Assembly (NCBI RefSeq): GCF_009834535.1
Contig: NC_045696.1
Coordinates: 97,280,001 to 97,344,000 of the forward strand
Origin: Camelus ferus
Taxonomy: Eukaryota
Direction of reading: 5' to 3'
Length of the DNA: 64,000 nt
The notes under the pieces were generated by a model. The model was not told the origin of the DNA, did not search any database, and was given only the letters and a program-made list of their open reading frames with translations. This document shows positions 62,980-64,000 of this stretch, piece after piece; position 1 is the stretch's first letter; each line of letters opens with the position of its first letter. The position numbers were made by a program, and so were the translations under genes.

Positions 62980-64000
62980 AAACTCTATAACTATACAGAC
63001 ATCACTGAATTTTGTATTTTAAATTGATAAATTTTATAGTATGTGAAACATATCTTAATAAAGATATAAAAAATTTGAAAGAACAAACAAGAACAGCTAA
63101 GAAAAATCTGAGAAAGAGGAGTAGGAGTGGGGGAGGGTATGCTCTAGCAGATACTAATGTATATAATAAAGCCCTGTAATGAAAAACAGTGTGGTATTGG
63201 CAGACAAAAGATAAAGAACAGAAAATTCAATTATGCATGGAAATATGGCAGTATCTCAAATGGGGTTAAGGATGAACATTTTAGGAGCACTGTTGGGATA
63301 ACTGGATGATTATTTGGAAAAAGATATAATTGGATACATTCTTCAAAGTATATATAGGATAAATTACAGACGAGCCAGAAATTTAATGTTAAAAATGAAA
63401 CCATATAAGTATAAATGCAGGTAAATTCCACTATAACCTAGAAGCAGGGGAAACTTTCCTAAGACTGAAAATGAGCAGCCCAAAGGAAAAGATTACTACA
63501 TTTGATTGCATTAAAAACCAATACCATTGGAGTACAAAAAATACCTGTAACATATAATGAACAAATGGTTAACATATCTAACAAATAAAGAGCTTCTAAA
63601 AAGAGAAGAAAATTACCAACAAGCTAATAGGGAAAATGGGCTAAAGATAGACAGTTCATTGAAAATGGCATGCAAATAGCTCTTAAGCATTTCTTAAGCA
63701 TAAAAAAGGACACTCAAATTTGCTTATAATAAGAGGAATACACATTAAAACTGCAACAACATACCATTTCTCACCTATCTGATTAGTAAAAATCTAAAAA
63801 TCTGACAATATATTTTGTTGGTGACTCTGGGGGAAAAGAGACACTTACATACTGTTGACACAACTATTATGGATGGGAATTTGGCAGTACGTAGCAAAAA
63901 TACAGATATGTTTAGCCTCTGACCTAGCAATTCCACTTCGAGGAATCGATTCCAAAGGTATACTAGCAAAAACATGGAAAGATTTCTATGTAAGGTTATT
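61625..64000 (+). mobile_element. Old L1 ORF2 fragments with a nested L1MB-like 3' end
   Basis: RT-region relic 'gaggaacaaggtaaaaatgcctgctatctccattactatttaacatggtattgaagg' and later ORF2 motifs. Confidence 0.75.

Noticed and set aside
63128..63148. 'gggggagggtatgctc' resembling the SINE head
   Set aside because: Similarity stops after about 15 nt; it sits in an L1 ORF2 relic.
3464..64000. Short ORFs matching L1 ORF1/ORF2 pieces or antisense L1
   Set aside because: Fragmented retrotransposon relics, not genes.
1..64000. CRISPR arrays, operons, rRNA or other prokaryotic systems
   Set aside because: Sequence is mammalian; no repeat-spacer array or rRNA-like segment seen.

Overview
Mammalian (eukaryotic, spliced) genomic DNA, probably camelid judging by three copies of a tRNA-derived SINE of the Vic-1 type. 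The window holds the complete PFN2 (profilin-2) gene on the + strand: CpG-island promoter, exon 1 CDS 16652-16783, exon 2 18892-19084, and alternative terminal exons 20849-20946 (PFN2a) and 21170-21267 (PFN2b). Its 3'UTR carries an AAGUUG-loop iron-responsive element. Facing it tail-to-tail on the - strand are the last four coding exons of RNF13 (57702-57807, 48867-48960, 27053-27133, 26400-26764). The rest is mostly L1, L2, MIR, MaLR and DNA-transposon relics, and most entries in the ORF track are spurious. The headline observation is upstream of PFN2: three phase-compatible cryptic + strand exons (2511-2621, 8537-8674, 13970-14177) translate to what looks like a highly divergent profilin-fold domain. 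The last one can splice in frame to a textbook acceptor inside the PFN2 CpG island (AG 16504-16505), giving a Pro/Ala-rich linker followed by full-length PFN2, i.e. a possible tandem profilin-like + polyproline linker + PFN2 protein. An in-frame TAA at 2496-2498 may mean the 5' end is truncated or pseudogenised in this species. All homology calls were made by eye and need HMM, structure and RNA-seq checks; repeat subfamily names and old-repeat boundaries are approximate.
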